This document shows positions 27,034 through 27,788 of a DNA stretch of 27,788 bases, piece after piece (position 1 is the stretch's first letter; each line of letters opens with the position of its first letter). The stretch lies in the IMG/VR virus record IMGVR_UViG_3300027391_000002. One strand, 5' to 3'. The DNA comes from a virus. Made by a program: the position numbers and the translations under genes. The notes under the pieces are model-generated. The model searched no databases and was not told where the DNA came from. It was given only the letters and a program-made list of their open reading frames with translations.

Positions 27034-27336
27034 ATGAAAAATTCTGAACTGTTAGAGAAAATATCAGAAAAAACGGGGGTGCCAGTCGAAGTAGTGAAGG
27101 CTGTGATCACAGAATGCACAGATGTTATTGTTGAAACAATATCGTCCGGTGATTCTGTGGTTATCACACGCTTTGGACGTTACTACCCCATGCGAGAAAC
27201 GCGTGGGGCAAATCTGGCGGAAAAAGAATGGAAGGAGCCTGCTGGGGATACAGGAATAAAACTTAGATTTCGTGCATCTGACAAAGCACAGAGGAGAGTA
27301 GTAAGCCTTGCAGAGGAGAAGGGCACATCTCTGTAA
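27034..27336 (+). CDS. HU/IHF-family histone-like DNA-binding protein.
   Basis: MKNSELLEKISEKTGVPVEVVKAVI...GDSVVITRFGRYYPMRETRG...KLRFRAS follows the HU fold pattern. RBS aaaggag. Confidence 0.85.
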   Translation: MKNSELLEKISEKTGVPVEVVKAVITECTDVIVETISSGDSVVITRFGRYYPMRETRGANLAEKEWKEPAGDTGIKLRFRASDKAQRRVVSLAEEKGTSL

Positions 27337-27368
27337 ATTCAGAGACGAATAACCAATCGGATAGTGTG
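27328..27368 (+). repeat. Direct repeat A (hairpin plus taacNaatcggatagtgtg), overlapping the HU stop codon.
   Basis: tctctgtaaattcagagacgaataaccaatcggatagtgtg. About 36 of 41 positions match repeat B. Confidence 0.8.
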
Positions 27369-27616
27369 AAGAGTATTAAATTTCAACTCAGAATATATAT
27401 ATATATTTATTTTACAGCTATATGACACACATTGTCTCAATTTTCAATTGCCAAATTATATATTGTGTTGTATTAAATGGCGTTAATTCTGTATATATAT
27501 ATTGAGTTATATCGGATTGCCCTCTTACTACCATTGACTTAGCATTGAATTTTATATGTATTTGTTTTATCAACTGATTCGGCACCAGTTGATATAGGGA
27601 ATTCGAGAAGAGAACG

Positions 27617-27659
27617 TCTCTGTAATTGCAGAGACAAAAATAACTAATCGGATAGTGTG
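27617..27659 (+). repeat. Direct repeat B, 289 bp downstream of repeat A.
   Basis: tctctgtaattgcagagacaaaaataactaatcggatagtgtg. Its hairpin pairs gtctctg (27616-27622) with cagagac (27629-27635). Confidence 0.8.
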
Positions 27660-27661
27660 GC

Positions 27662-27788
27662 ATAACTGCTTTTATATAACACTAAAAACATTGTTGACTC
27701 ATTTGGCATAAATTGATATAATGAGTCAATATTTTATAGGTTCGGAAACAAAAAGCGGGCACCAACTAATAAAAGTTGGATACCCTAA
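27662..27788. repeat. Terminal overlap, copy 2 (duplicate of 1-127).
   Basis: Same 127-nt string. It therefore carries a second copy of the promoter found at 33-61 (27694-27722). Confidence 0.95.

Noticed and set aside
27418-27663. 81-aa minus-strand ORF in the AT-rich region. The same applies to 21781-21987 (-) and 23065-23307 (+).
   Set aside because: All three have AT-rich, low-complexity translations, no RBS, and lie inside regions full of repeats, hairpins or promoters. I consider them non-coding.

Overview
The window is one complete, circularly closed phage-like or phage-plasmid-like element. Its first 127 nt (1-127) are identical to its last 127 nt (27662-27788), so the unique length is 27,661 bp. 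The promoters fit the bacterial sigma70 consensus closely (TTGACx, exactly 17 bp, TATAAT-like), and Shine-Dalgarno sites are strong. Three GCGATCGC (HIP1) sites hint at a cyanobacterial host.

Gene order, left to right:
- An HNH endonuclease behind a roughly 390-nt hairpin-rich leader.
- A 700-bp regulatory/RNA region.
- A 1068-aa primase-polymerase / P-loop helicase / HTH fusion, followed by small Zn-ribbon and unknown ORFs.
- A TerS-like HTH protein.
- A 766-bp non-coding block (6314-7079) holding an internal duplication and covarying hairpins.
- A ribbon-helix-helix (RHH) protein.
- A compact structural block: a coiled-coil acidic protein, two small proteins, a 1117-aa tape measure protein and two more small proteins.
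- A 631-aa collagen-like fibre built from hyper-repetitive DNA.
- A putative sugar-modification cassette: an unknown 321-aa protein, an FkbM methyltransferase, a mini collagen-like protein and a GT4 glycosyltransferase.
- A minus-strand moron: a TPR-like protein plus a secreted HExxH metallopeptidase with a dockerin.
- A Rep-like protein with two winged-helix regions.
- A leftward regulatory operon preceded by a well-defined sRNA gene.
- A rightward operon of small early genes ending in an HU-like protein.
- An AT-rich region bracketed by direct repeats.

I cannot recognise a large terminase, portal, major capsid protein, integrase or endolysin by eye. All functional calls rest on motif reading only; no searches were run.
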